Of a DNA stretch of 64,000 bases, positions 12,300 to 24,500 are shown piece by piece. Positions within the stretch are counted from its first letter, which is position 1. The number at the start of each line of letters is the position of its first letter. A program made the translations under genes and the position numbers. Below the pieces are notes generated by a model. The model was given only the letters and a program-made list of their open reading frames with translations, ran no database searches and was not told the DNA's origin. Source of the DNA: Anaeramoeba ignava BMAN (taxonomy: Eukaryota > Protista > Anaeramoebae); the NCBI GenBank assembly GCA_028826165.1, contig JAPDFW010000076.1, forward strand, positions 351,892 through 415,891, written 5' to 3'.

Positions 12300-15200
12300 C
12301 TATATTTTTATTCCTTTTTTATTTTGATTAAATAGAACACTAAATTTTTTCCAATCAAAAAGAGAATTTCCTAAAGGAAAAAATTCTCTTTTAGCTTCAA
12401 TATTAATCATTAAAGCCAGTGAAGTATAAGAACTGAGAATTGAAGCCATTAAACAAGGAATTCCAACCAAAATGGAATTAAATTTATAAGCAAAATCAAG
12501 AATCAAAAAGAAAATTGCAATATCCATCCAAAATAAAAGCCAAAATTGAACTTTTGTGAGTTGTAAAGCAAATAAAGTGAAGAACATCATAAAAAAAAAG
12601 ATTGCAAACAGAAAAGATGCAAAAACTCTTTCTTCTGGTTCAATATTTTTTTTGGATGAATTCCATAATCCTTTTATCCAAGAAACAGCTAAAGAGAAAA
12701 AGAGTAAAGTAATTAACTAAAAATCAATTTTTTGAATATTTTTCTTTTCTGTTGTTTATTTTTTTTTAATTTTGATAAGAATAATTTTTTACAAAAAAAA
12801 AGCTTGCTCCGAAATTGTGTTTAACTCTAAAATCCAGAATAGCAGCAATCAAAGTTAATAAAGCAGGAAAGAATAAGAAAAAACTAAGTTTCGGAACTAA
12901 TTCATTTAAGATTATTAAAATTATTTATAAAATCAAAATTAAAATCAAAATTAAAATCAAAATTAAAATCAAAATTAAAATTTATCTCGAGATTCAAAAC
13001 AAAATGTTGATGTTTTATTGAAATGGATTTATTTTGGAAAAGTTTTAATTTCAAATTTATCAATTTTTGAAGAATGGAAAAAAAAATTATCAAATATTTC
13101 AAAAGTTAAAATAAAAATAGGAATCAATCCACTTTTAGATGATTTGAAAAGATTAATGAATGAAGAAGAAACCAAAGATTTCCAAATAATTTCAAATAAT
13201 CAAAAAATCAAAATTCATAAAATAATTTTGATTGCAAGAAGTGAGTTATTTAGAGGAATGTTTATAAGTGTAACTGAAGATAAATCAAATTCAGTTCATG
13301 AATACAGTAACAAAAAAACAAAAACAATCCAAAATCTAGTTAATTTCTTTTATACAGATGAAATTCCAAAAATCAAAAACAAAACAATACTTAAAGAATT
13401 AAAAGAATGTGTTGATTATTTCCAATTAAATTCAAAAAGATTAAATCAACTAATTAAAAAAATTATTGGTGAAATTCCTCAACAACAACAACAACAACAA
13501 CAAAATTCAAAAAAGAAATGTTTAATTTTTTGAATTTTTATTTTCTTGATCAAAGAATTTTCAAATTTTGATTTAATTTAATTCTTTTCAAAAAAATAAT
13601 TATTTTTTTTTGAATTATTTTTTCCAAATTTCATTTTTCAATTTTCAATTTTCAATTTTCATTTTTCATTTTAAACGAAATCAATGAAACAACAAAACAA
13701 AAAAGATTATGATTTACTTTTGAAAATTATTCTTGAAGGAGATTCTGGAACTCAAAAAAATAAGATTATACAAAAATTTATGCAGGAAATAGTTACACAA
13801 TCAAATGACAGATGGATTGATTTAGGTCCCTTATGCAAAGTGATTGAAATTCAAGGAAAAACAGTTTTACTTCAAATAAACAACATTAATAAATATGGTT
13901 TGTCTTGGAAAATTAAAAGAAAAACCAAAATATTTTTTGGAGAATTAATCGGAAAAAAAAATTTTAATTTAATTTTAATTGGTTTTTTTATGATAATGAT
14001 TTATGAGGAGGGTATAAGTCAGCATATAAAAGTATTTCTTTTTGTTATTAAAAAAAATTCAAAAATCAAATTCTAATTATATTTTTATTTTTATTTAGGT
14101 TTTTATAGCAAAGCTTATGGAGCAATGATAGTTTATGATATTACTAATAAAAAATCATTCGAAAATGTTGAAAAAATTTGGAAGTACCGAATCAGAATGC
14201 ATGCAAAGGAAAATATTCAAATGATGTTAATTGGAAGTAAATGTGATTTGGAAAATGAAAGAAAAATATCAAAAAAAAGTGGAAAAAAACTTGCTGATAA
14301 ATTGGGAATTCCTTTTTATGAAGTTTCAGTCAAAGAAAATATCAATATTGAGGATGCTTTCACAGAATTAACAATGAATATTTTGGATAATCTTGATGAA
14401 AATAATCAACTTAAACCAAAACCAAAATCAAAACCAATAATTTATTCAATTCAAGAAGATATGAAGCAATTATTTGAAAGAAAAGAATTATGTGATTTTG
14501 AAATTGAATGTAAAGATGATCAAAATCCACTTTCAAAATTCAAAATTCCAGTTCATAAATTAATTATTCAAAATCGATTAAGGATTGATGAAAATCAACT
14601 TGAAAACCAATTCTATTCAATTTTATCTCGAGATTCAAAACAAAATGTTGATGTTTTATTGAAATGGATTTATTTTGGGAAAGTTTTACTTTCAAATTTA
14701 TCAATTTTTGAAGAATGGAAAAAAAAATTATCAAATATTTCAAAAGTTAAAATAAAAATAGGAATCAATCCACTTTTAGATGATTTGAAAAGATTAATGA
14801 ATGAAGAAGAAACCAAAGATTTCCAAATAATTTCAAATAATCAAAAAATCAAAATTCATAAAATAATTTTGATTGCAAGAAGTGAGTTATTTAGAGGAAT
14901 GTTTATAAGTGTAACTGAAGATAAATCAAATTCAGTTCATGAATACAGTAACAAAAAAACAAAAACAATCCAAAATCTAATTAATTTCTTTTATACAGAT
15001 GAAATTCCAAAAATCAAAAACAAAACAATACTTAAAGAATTAAAAGAATGTGTTGATTATTTCCAATTAAATTCAAAAAGATTAAATCAACTAATTAAAA
15101 AAATTATTGGTGAAATTCCTCAACAACAACAACAACAACAAAATTCAAAAAAGAAATGTTTAATTTTTTGAATTTTTATTTTCTTGATCAAAGAATTTTC

Positions 15201-15665
15201 AAATTTTGATTTAATTTAACTCTTTCAAAAAATAATTATTTTTTTCAAATTGAACAACATGAAAAATATACAAGAGTGAATAAGAAAAACAAAATAACAA
15301 AAAGAAACCACCAAACTCAATTCGATTCAAATTCAAAATCATTTATAAAATCATTTATAAAATTTAAATTAAATATTTTCACTTAATTTACCTTCTTGAT
15401 CAGTTATTCCAAAACTAGACATTGCTAAAGCTAAATATCCAAAAGAAGATCCAATTAAACCAAGTGAAGTTGCTTCAAGTTTTCCTTGTTTTTTTGGTTT
15501 TTTTGGTTTTTTTAATTTCACAACTTTTTTGGTTTCTTCAAATTGATTTGTTTGTTCTGAAATTGTTTGTTTTGTGGAATTTAACCCCTCAGTTTCAACT
15601 GTTTCAAAATTTGTATCAGATTCAGAAACAAAATCATCTGTTTCAATAATTAATTTGTTTTTCAT
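12300..15665 (-). CDS. GPR1/FUN34/YaaH (SatP/Ady2) acetate transporter; exons 15665-15392, 12896-12793, 12716-12300
   Basis: EATSLGLIG resembles NPAPLGL; AAILDFRVKHNFGAS resembles AGLLEYKKGNTFG; SYTSLALMINIEAKREFFPLG matches the C-terminal pattern; canonical splice sites give one open frame. Confidence 0.8.
12981..13533 (+). pseudogene. 5'-truncated duplicate of the Rab-BTB gene 3' end
   Basis: Near-identical to 14622-15171 (few substitutions, polyQ 8 vs 7); begins abruptly after an AAAATT/AAAATC tract, and the track's start is TTG. Confidence 0.85.
13684..15171 (+). CDS. Rab-like GTPase + two BTB domains + CaaX (CLIF); exons ~13684-13897 and 14099-15171
   Basis: YDLLLKIILEGDSG, IVYDIT, IGSKCD and EVSVK Rab-like motifs; VHKLII and HKIILIARSELFRGMF BTB motifs; terminal KKKCLIF. 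The intron may contain a micro-exon. Confidence 0.85.
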
Positions 15666-15899
15666 TTTAATTTTATTTTTTATTTTTTTATTTTATTTTT
15701 TTATTTTTTATTTTTTTAAGTTTAAGAATTTTGAAAAAGAAAAGTGAAATAATCGATAAAAAAAATTTTTTTTGTGATCTTTTATGATTATTTCCACGTC
15801 TTAAAAATTACTCAAAAAAAAAAAACCAAATAAAAAAAATAATTTGTGTTAATTTTTAATAACGATAAGAATTCAAACAAACACTTTCATCTCCCAATT

Positions 15900-16350
15900 T
15901 AAATATTTAATTAAATATTGAATTGAATATTGAATTGAATATTAAATATTGAATTGAATTGAATTAAATATTAAATATTTAATTGAATTGAATATTGAAT
16001 ATTAAATATTGAATTAAATATTGAATTAAATATTGAATATTAAATATTGAATTAAATATTGAATTAAATATTGAATTGAATATTGAATTGAATATTGAAT
16101 TAAATATTGAATTGAATATTGAATTAAATATTAAATATTAAATATTAAATATTAAATATTGAATTGAATTGAATATTAAATATTGAATTAAATATTGAAT
16201 TGAATATTGAATTGAATATTGAATTGAATTGAATATTAAATTGAATTGAATATTGAATTGAATATTGAATATTAAATATTGAATTGAATATTGAATTAAA
16301 TATTGAATTAAATATTGAATATTGAATATTGAATTGAATATTGAATTGGG
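15900..16350. repeat. Intergenic (ATATTGA/ATTGA/ATATTAA)n repeat
   Basis: Tandem units between the divergently transcribed transporter and dynein IC genes. Confidence 0.85.
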
Positions 16351-16441
16351 ATTGGATTTGGATTTAATTGGAAAAAAGAAAAAAATTAAATTTCATTTTT
16401 TTTTTCATTTTTTTTTTCATTTTTTTTATTTTTTTTAATAA

Positions 16442-19400
16442 ATGACTTCACCAAGTGAGCGAGAAAAAAGAAAGAAAGAATTAGAAGCAAAAAGATTGAG
16501 GTTAGCAAAAGTTAGAAATGAAAGATTAAAATTATCACAAGGGAATGTAACGAAAAGAAAAATTAAAAAGAAAAATTAAAAAGAAAAATTAAAAAGAAAA
16601 ATTAATTAAAAAAAAATTTTTTTGTTTACAAATTAAATAGAAAACCTCACCATCCAAAACAAAAAAACCAAAAGATGAAGAAGTTGATAATTTAGTTTCT
16701 TCACTTTTAAATAAAAAAAAAAGTGACAAAACACCAACAAAAAAAATAGTTAAAGTTAAAAAGAAAGTTACAAAAACAAATGAAAAAAAACAACCAACAA
16801 AACTTCCTGAAGTTCCAAAAAAAGAACTGAAGTTACAAAAATCTATTATTCATGTTGATATTAGACCTAAAATTATTGAAAAATATCAAAAAGAAACTCA
16901 AACAACTTTAGTTTTTACTTCTACAAATACTGAAGATGATTCTAATGATGAAGATGCTAATCAAAATGAAAGTATTGATTCAACTCAAATTATTAATGAA
17001 GCTAAAATTGAAAGAGAACAAAATGAGAAAAAATTTAATGCTGAAAGTACATTTTTTTTTAAAATTAAATTAAAATTAAAATTAAAATTAAAATTAAAAT
17101 TAAAATTAAAATTAAAAATAAAAATTAAAATTAAAATTAAAATTAAAATTAAAAATTAAAATTAAATTAAAATTAAAATTAAAATTAGAATTAAAATTAA
17201 AATTAAAATTAAAATTAAAATTAAAATTAAAATTAAAATTAGAATTAAAATTAAAATTAAAATTAAAATTAAATTTAAAATTAAAATTAAAATTAAAATT
17301 AAAATTAAAATTAAAATTAAAATCAATTTAAATCAAAATTAAAATTAAAATTAAAATTGAAATTAATTAAAATTAAAAATTGTAATTAAAATTAATATTA
17401 AAAATTATTTAAAATTAATATTAAAATTAAAATTAAAATTAAAATTAAAATTAATATTAAAATTAAAATTAATATTAAAATTAAAATTAGAATTAAAATT
17501 AAAATTAAAATTAAAATTAAAATTAAAATTAAAATTAATATTAAAAATTAAAATTAAAATTTAAAATCAAAATTAAAATTAAAATCAAAAATTAAAATTA
17601 AAATTAAAATTAAAATTAAAATTAAAATTAAAATCAAAAATTGAAATCAAAATCAAAATTAAAATTAAAATTAAAATCAAAATTAAAATCAAAATCAAAA
17701 TTAAAATTAAAAATTAAAATTAAAATTATAATTAAAATTAAAATTAAAATTAAAATTAAAATTAAAATTAAAATCAAAATTAAAAATTAAAAATTAAAAT
17801 TAAAATCAAAATCAAAATTAAAATTAAAATTAAAATTAAAATTAAAATTAATATTAAAAATTAAAATTAAAATTAAAATTAAAATTAAAATTAAAATTAA
17901 AATTAAAATTAAAATTAAAATTAAAATTAAAATTAATATTAAAATTAAAATTAGAATTAAAATTAAAATTAATATTAAAATTAAAATTAAAATTAAAATT
18001 AATATTAAAATTAAAATTAAAATTTAAAATCAAAATTAAAATTAAAATCAAAATTAAAATTAAAATCAAAATTAAAATTAAAATTAAAATTAAAATTAAA
18101 ATTAAAATCAAAATTAAAAATTAAAATTAAAATTATAATTAAAAATTGAAATTAAAATTAAAATTATAATTAAAATCAAAATTTAATATTAAAATTAAAA
18201 TTAAAATTAAAATCAAAATTAAAATTAAAATTAAAATTAAAATTAAAATTAAAATTAAAATCAAAATTAAAATTAAAATTAAAATTAAAATTAAAATTAA
18301 AATTAAAATTAAAATTAGTTTTATCTGCTGTTGAAAGACAACAAGAAATGACTTCTTCAAATTTTCAAGATTTTTTTGCTTTTTCTAGTAAAATTATTGA
18401 AAAAGCACAAAATGAACCTTATGATATTTTAAGAGATTATATTGGACATTCAAATGATGAATACGAGTAAAAAAAACAATAAGAAAATGGATTTTTTATC
18501 ATTTTTATTGAAATAATTTAACTTTTATTTCTTTTCTTAATTACAATTTTTCTTTTTTTTAAGTGTTCAACAACCTACTATTTCAGATAATCGTCAATTA
18601 AAAGATGAAAAAATAACAAGTTATCGAGCAGTTACAGATTTACAATGGTCTCCAAAAGTAATTATTTTTATGATTTAAAATTAAAATTAAAATTAAAATC
18701 AAATTTAAAATTAAAATTAAAATTAAAATTAAAATTAAAAATTTAAAATTAAAATTAAAATTAAAATTAAAATTAAAATTAAAATTAAAATTAAAATTAA
18801 AATTAAAATCAAATTTAAAATTAAAATTTAAAATTAAAATTAAAATTAAAATTAAAATTAAAATTAAAATCAAAATTAAAATTAAAATCAAATTTAAAAT
18901 TAAAATTAAAATTAAAATTAAAATTAAAATTAAAATTAAAATTAAAATTAAAAATAAATTAAAAATCAAATTTAAAATTAAAATCATAATTAAAATTAAA
19001 ATTAAAATTAAAATTAAAATTAAAATTAAAATTTAAATTAAAATTAATATTTAAATTAAAATTAAAATTAAAATTAAAATTAAAATTAAAATTAAAATTT
19101 AAATTAAAATTAATATTTAAATTAAAATTAAAATTAAAATTAAAATTAAAAATAAATTTAAAATTAAAAATTAAATTTAAAATTAAAATTAAAAATAAAT
19201 TTAAAATTAAAAATTAAACAGTATCCCGAGTTATTATTAGCATCATACAGCATGAAACGAGAGATGCGAAGAGCACAAGAAGCTGATGGATTAGTATTAT
19301 TATGGTCATTAGCATTACCGACCCGACCCGAATCAACATTAACATGTCAATCACCAGTAACGAGTGCGATGTTTTCAACATTTTCACCATCAGTAGTAAT

Positions 19401-21379
19401 AGGAGGAACATTTTCAGGACAAATAGTTGTATGGGATACTCGAGCAAAATCAACGCCTGTTAACAGATCTCTTCTTTCATCAAGTGGTCATACTCATCCT
19501 ATTTTTGGAATGCAAGTCGTTGGCTCAAAAAATGCTCATTCTCTTGTCTCTTTGAGTAATGATGGTAGAATTTGTGTTTGGTCTCTTGATATGCTTAAAA
19601 CTCCTGAAGACGTTATTGATCTTAATTCTGGTCAAAATCGTTTGTCTCCTACTTCTCTTGTTTTCCCTCAAGATGAGGTTAATTTGTTTTATGTTGGTTC
19701 AGAACATGGTTCTGTTTATTCAGGTTTGAGAATGGGAAAGTAATTATTTATATTAAAAATTAAAATTAAAATTAAAATTAAAATTAATATTAAAATTAAA
19801 ATCAAAATTAATATTAAATATTAAAAATTAAAATTAAAATTAAAATTAATATTAAAATTAAATTAAAAATTAAAATTAAAATTAATATTAAAATTAAAAC
19901 TAAAATTAAAATTAAAATTGAAATAAAAATTATAATTAAAATTAAATTAAAATTAAAATTAAATTTAAAATTAAAATTAAAATTAAAATTAAAATTAAAA
20001 TTAAAATTCATTTTAAAATTAAAATTAAAATTAAAATTAAAATTAAAATTAAAATTAAAATTAAAATTAAAATTAAAAATTAAAATTAAAATTAAAATTA
20101 AAATTAAAATTAAAATAGCAATATTGGAATTGATAAGGAATATACAGGACATAGTGGTCCAATTACAGGAATTGATTTCCATAATTCAGCAGGAAATTCA
20201 AGCTTTCTTGATCTTTTTGTGACTTCATCTATGGATTGGACAGTAAAATTATGGAGCAAAAATTATCAAACACCTCTTTTATCATTTGAAGAATCGAATG
20301 AATATGTTTATGATGTTCAATGGTCTCCTATTCATCCTTCTTTATTTGCTTCTGTTGATGGTGCTGGTTATCTTTTCTTATGGAATCCTAATATTAATGT
20401 TGAAGAACCTGTTATTAAAACTCAAGTTTCTCAACATGCTATTAATAAATTAAGATTTTCAACTGATGGAAAGAAAATTATTACTGGTGATTCAGATGGT
20501 GTTTTAACTGTTCTTGAAATTAATTCTGATGTGAATTTTTCATTTTTTTAGCAATTACATCAAATTTAATTTAATTATTTATTTATTAACATCAAATTTA
20601 ATTTATTTATTTACATGAAATTTAATTAATTTATTTCAAATTTAATTTATTTATTAACATCAAATTTAATTTATTTATTTACATGAAATTTAATTTATTT
20701 ATTTGATTTAATTTATTTACTTCAAATTTAATTTAATTATTAACATGAAATTTAATTTATTTATTTACATGTAATTTAATTTATTTATTTACATGAAATT
20801 TAATTTATTTATTTACTTTAAATTTAATTTATTTATTTATTTATCAAATTTAATTTAATTATTTACATCAAATTTAATTATTTACATCAAATTTAATTAT
20901 TTCTTGAATTTAATTTATTTATTAACATCAAATTTAATTTATTTATTTACATGAAATTTAATTTATTTATTTACATGAAATTTAATTTATTTATTAACAT
21001 CAAATTTAATTTATTTATTTATTAACATGAAATTTAATTTATTTACATCAAATTTAATTTATTTACGCCAAATTTAATTTAATTATTTACATGAAATTTT
21101 AATTTATTTTTATTCAAATTCAAATTTAATTATTAAAATCAAATTTAATTTATTTATTACATGAAATTTAATTTATTTAATTTAATCAAATTTAATTTAA
21201 TTTATTTAACAAATCAAATTATTTACATCAAATTTAATTTATTAACATGAAATTTAATTTATTTATTTACTTTAAATTAGATTTCAATTCCAAAAGAAGA
21301 AACAAAAGCTTTTCAACAAAAAGTTATTAATTTGTATCCAAAAAAAAGAACTTCAAAAAGTGACAGTTATGTTTTTTGA
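16442..21379 (+). CDS. Cytoplasmic dynein intermediate chain (WD40); exons 16442-16546, 16641-17046, 18319-18466, 18564-18657, 19222-19739, 20119-20530, 21281-21379
   Basis: N-terminal ELEAKRLRL coiled coil, YQKETQT light-chain site, WSPKYPELLLASY, GHTHP, SSMDWTVKLW, WSPIHPSLFA. Confidence 0.92.
17060..18316. repeat. Intronic (AAAATT)n microsatellite; similar tracts fill many other introns
   Basis: Seen directly; source of the spurious ILILIL/NFNF ORFs. Confidence 0.9.
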
Positions 21380-21582
21380 TTCAAAAGAAATTTTAAAAGA
21401 AAGTTAAAAGCAAAATTAACTTACAAAATCAACAGAAATTCTTTTTTTTTTTCAATTTTTTTTTTTTTTGATTTTTAAAATAAAAAAAAAACACAACAAT
21501 TACTAATTTTTTTAAATAATTATTTTTATTATTTTATTTTTTTTCATTTTTTTTTTTCATTTTTTTTTTTGCTTTTTTTTTA

Positions 21583-24500
21583 ATGGCAAATCAAACAATT
21601 GAAACAGAAATTAAAAGTTTTCAAGGATTAAGAAGTGAATATACAGGACCAAATATTATCCCAAAAGAAATCAAACCAACTAGAAGTGAAAAAAAAATTA
21701 AAAAGAAATTTCCAGTATTTGTTGATCCTCAAGGAAATCTTTATGATATAAATTTTCTTCCTATTGAAGATAAAGAATCTTTACTTAAAGAATATGATGA
21801 TATTGATAGTAAATAAAATCAAAACAAAACAAAACAAAACAAACAAAAATAATAACGTTTCAAATTTATTTATAAATTAAAATATAAATTAAAATATAAA
21901 TTAAAATATAAATTTATTTATAAATTAAAATATAAATTTATTTATAAATTAAAATATAAATTTATTTATAAATTAAAATATAAATTAAAATATAAATTAA
22001 AATATAAATTATTTCCTTTATAAACAAAATAAATTTATTTATAAATGAATTAAGAAAATATAAATTAAAATAAAAATTAAAATAGAATTTATTTATAAAT
22101 TAAAATTAAATTATTTCCTTTCAAAACAAAAAGAATTCAAGAACTTATGAAAAATGAAATTAGATTAATTGAAAAATAAACAAATTGAAAATAAATTAAT
22201 TGAAAAACAAATTAATTTGAAAATAAATTAATTGAAAAATAAATTAATTGAAAACAATTTAAAATTAAGTACGAAGAAGCTTCTGTTAAATGGATTGATG
22301 ATATGGAAAAATCTCTTGGTTATTTAAGAATTCCAACTATTCTTGGAAGAACATATGCAAGACCAAGAGAAGTTAGAAGAGGGGTTTGTTTTTATTAATT
22401 TGAAAATTAAAATTAAAATTAAAATTAAAATTAAAATTAAAATTAAAATTAAAATTAAAATTAAAATCAAAATCAAAATTAAAATTTAATTTAAAATTAA
22501 AATTAAAATTAAAATTAAAAATAAAATCAAAATTAAAATTAAAATTAAAAATTAAAATTAAAAATTAAAATTAAAATTAAAATTAAAATTAAAATTAAAA
22601 TTAAAATTAAAATTAAAATTAAAATTAAAATTAAAATTAAAATTAAAATTAAAATTAAAAATTAAAATTAAAATTAAAATTAAAATTAAAATTAAAAATT
22701 AAAAATTAAAAATTAAAATTAAAATTAAAATTGTTTTTATTTTGTAAATTATTTAAAGGTTGAAGAATTAACAGAAGAAATTTCTGAAATTACTTTATTG
22801 GAATCAGAAACAGATTTGTTAACTGAAACCGAAACAGAAACAGAAATTGAAATGGAAACAGATTACGATTCTGAATGGGATAAAGAAGATAATGCACAAG
22901 TAGATGATCTGTAAATATTTAAATTTAAAAAATGAATATTTAAAAAATATTTAAATTTAAAAAATGAATATTTAAAAAATATTTAAATTAAAAAATGAAT
23001 ATTTAAAAAATATTCAAATTTAAATTCTTTTAAACAGTAAAAAAACAAGAACTCGTTCAGGATCTGATCTCTCTAAACTTAATAAAGCAAAATCATCAAA
23101 TGAAAATGAAAACAATGAAAATATTCAAAAAACTGAAGACAAAGATCAATCAAATCTTGAAGAAAAAAAATCAATTGAGGATGAAAATGAAAATGATAAT
23201 GAAAATGATAAAAATCAAGAAGATCTTCCAAGACATAGTTCAGGTCATCGAGATTCAATAGAAAGAGAATCAAATATTACAGATCGAGAAAATGTTTCCA
23301 TGTCAACAACTGAAAAAACAAAAGATAAAGAATTAATTAAATTGGATCCAATTCAAGAATTTCAACTTTACAAAATTTTAGATAAAGGATTAAATATGTA
23401 TTAATTTCAAAAATAATTTAAAAATAATTTAATTTCAAAAATAATTTAATTTCAAAAATAATTTAAAAATAATTTCATTTCAAAAATAATTTAAAAATAA
23501 TTTAATTTCAAAAATAATTTAATTTCAAAAATAATTTAAAAATAATTTAATTTCAAAATAATTTAATTTTAAAAATAATTTAATTCAAAATAATTTCAAA
23601 AATAATTTAAATTAAAAAATAATTAAAAATTAAATTAAAAATTATAGAGACCAAATTGAAAAGGAAAAATTTACTTTTGATATTAATCGTGTTTTATTTA
23701 AAAAAGATCCTTGGAATTCATTACTAATTCCTGAAGAACCAATTCCACAACATTATAAAACTTTAGCAGAATTTGATCGAGCTTATAAAAGATGGGCTCA
23801 AGTTTGTGTTCAATTTTTGGAAAATATACCACTTCATGCAAAACAATTTCAAGAACAATCTGGATTAAAACCTGTTGATGTAAAAAAAAATTTTTTTAAT
23901 TGAAAAATTTTTTTTAAATTGATTTGACATTTTTTTAAAATTAATTTTTTTTTAAATTGATTTAGCCTCAATTACAAAAAAGAAAAAAGCAAAAAAAACT
24001 CAAACAAGATTTCTTTAGAGATTATAGTTCTTGGAGAAGAAATATCTTTCTTCAAATTGCAAGCATTTCAGTAATTTTTAATTTTTAATTTTTAATTTTT
24101 AATTTTTAATTTTTATTTAAAACAAATACTTTTTATTTCGTTTTTTTTTTAAAGGTAAATGCTCCATTTGAAATTGAAAAAGATACAAAATTTTTAACAA
24201 AAACATTTAAAACAACAGAACCCAGTGAACCTTTAGAAGAAGAAAAGAAAGTAAATTATTTCTTTTTTTTCTTGATATTCTTTTATTTATTGAAAAAAAA
24301 AACACTTTTTTTTTAGAATCAACTTCACACTCTTTTAGCAAAAATGAAAAATAAATTATCATCAAAAGAAAGAATTCAAAATCTTTGTGGGAAATTTCAT
24401 GGAGTTGCTTGGGTAAATATTAAATAAATATTAAATAAATATTAGATATTAAATAAATATAAAATAAATATTAAATATTAAATAAATATTAAATAAATAT

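Noticed and set aside
17854-20182. ILILIL/NFNFNF/KIKIKI ORFs (also 2424-2750, 36363-38592, 45135-46548)
   Set aside because: Translations of intronic microsatellites; not proteins.
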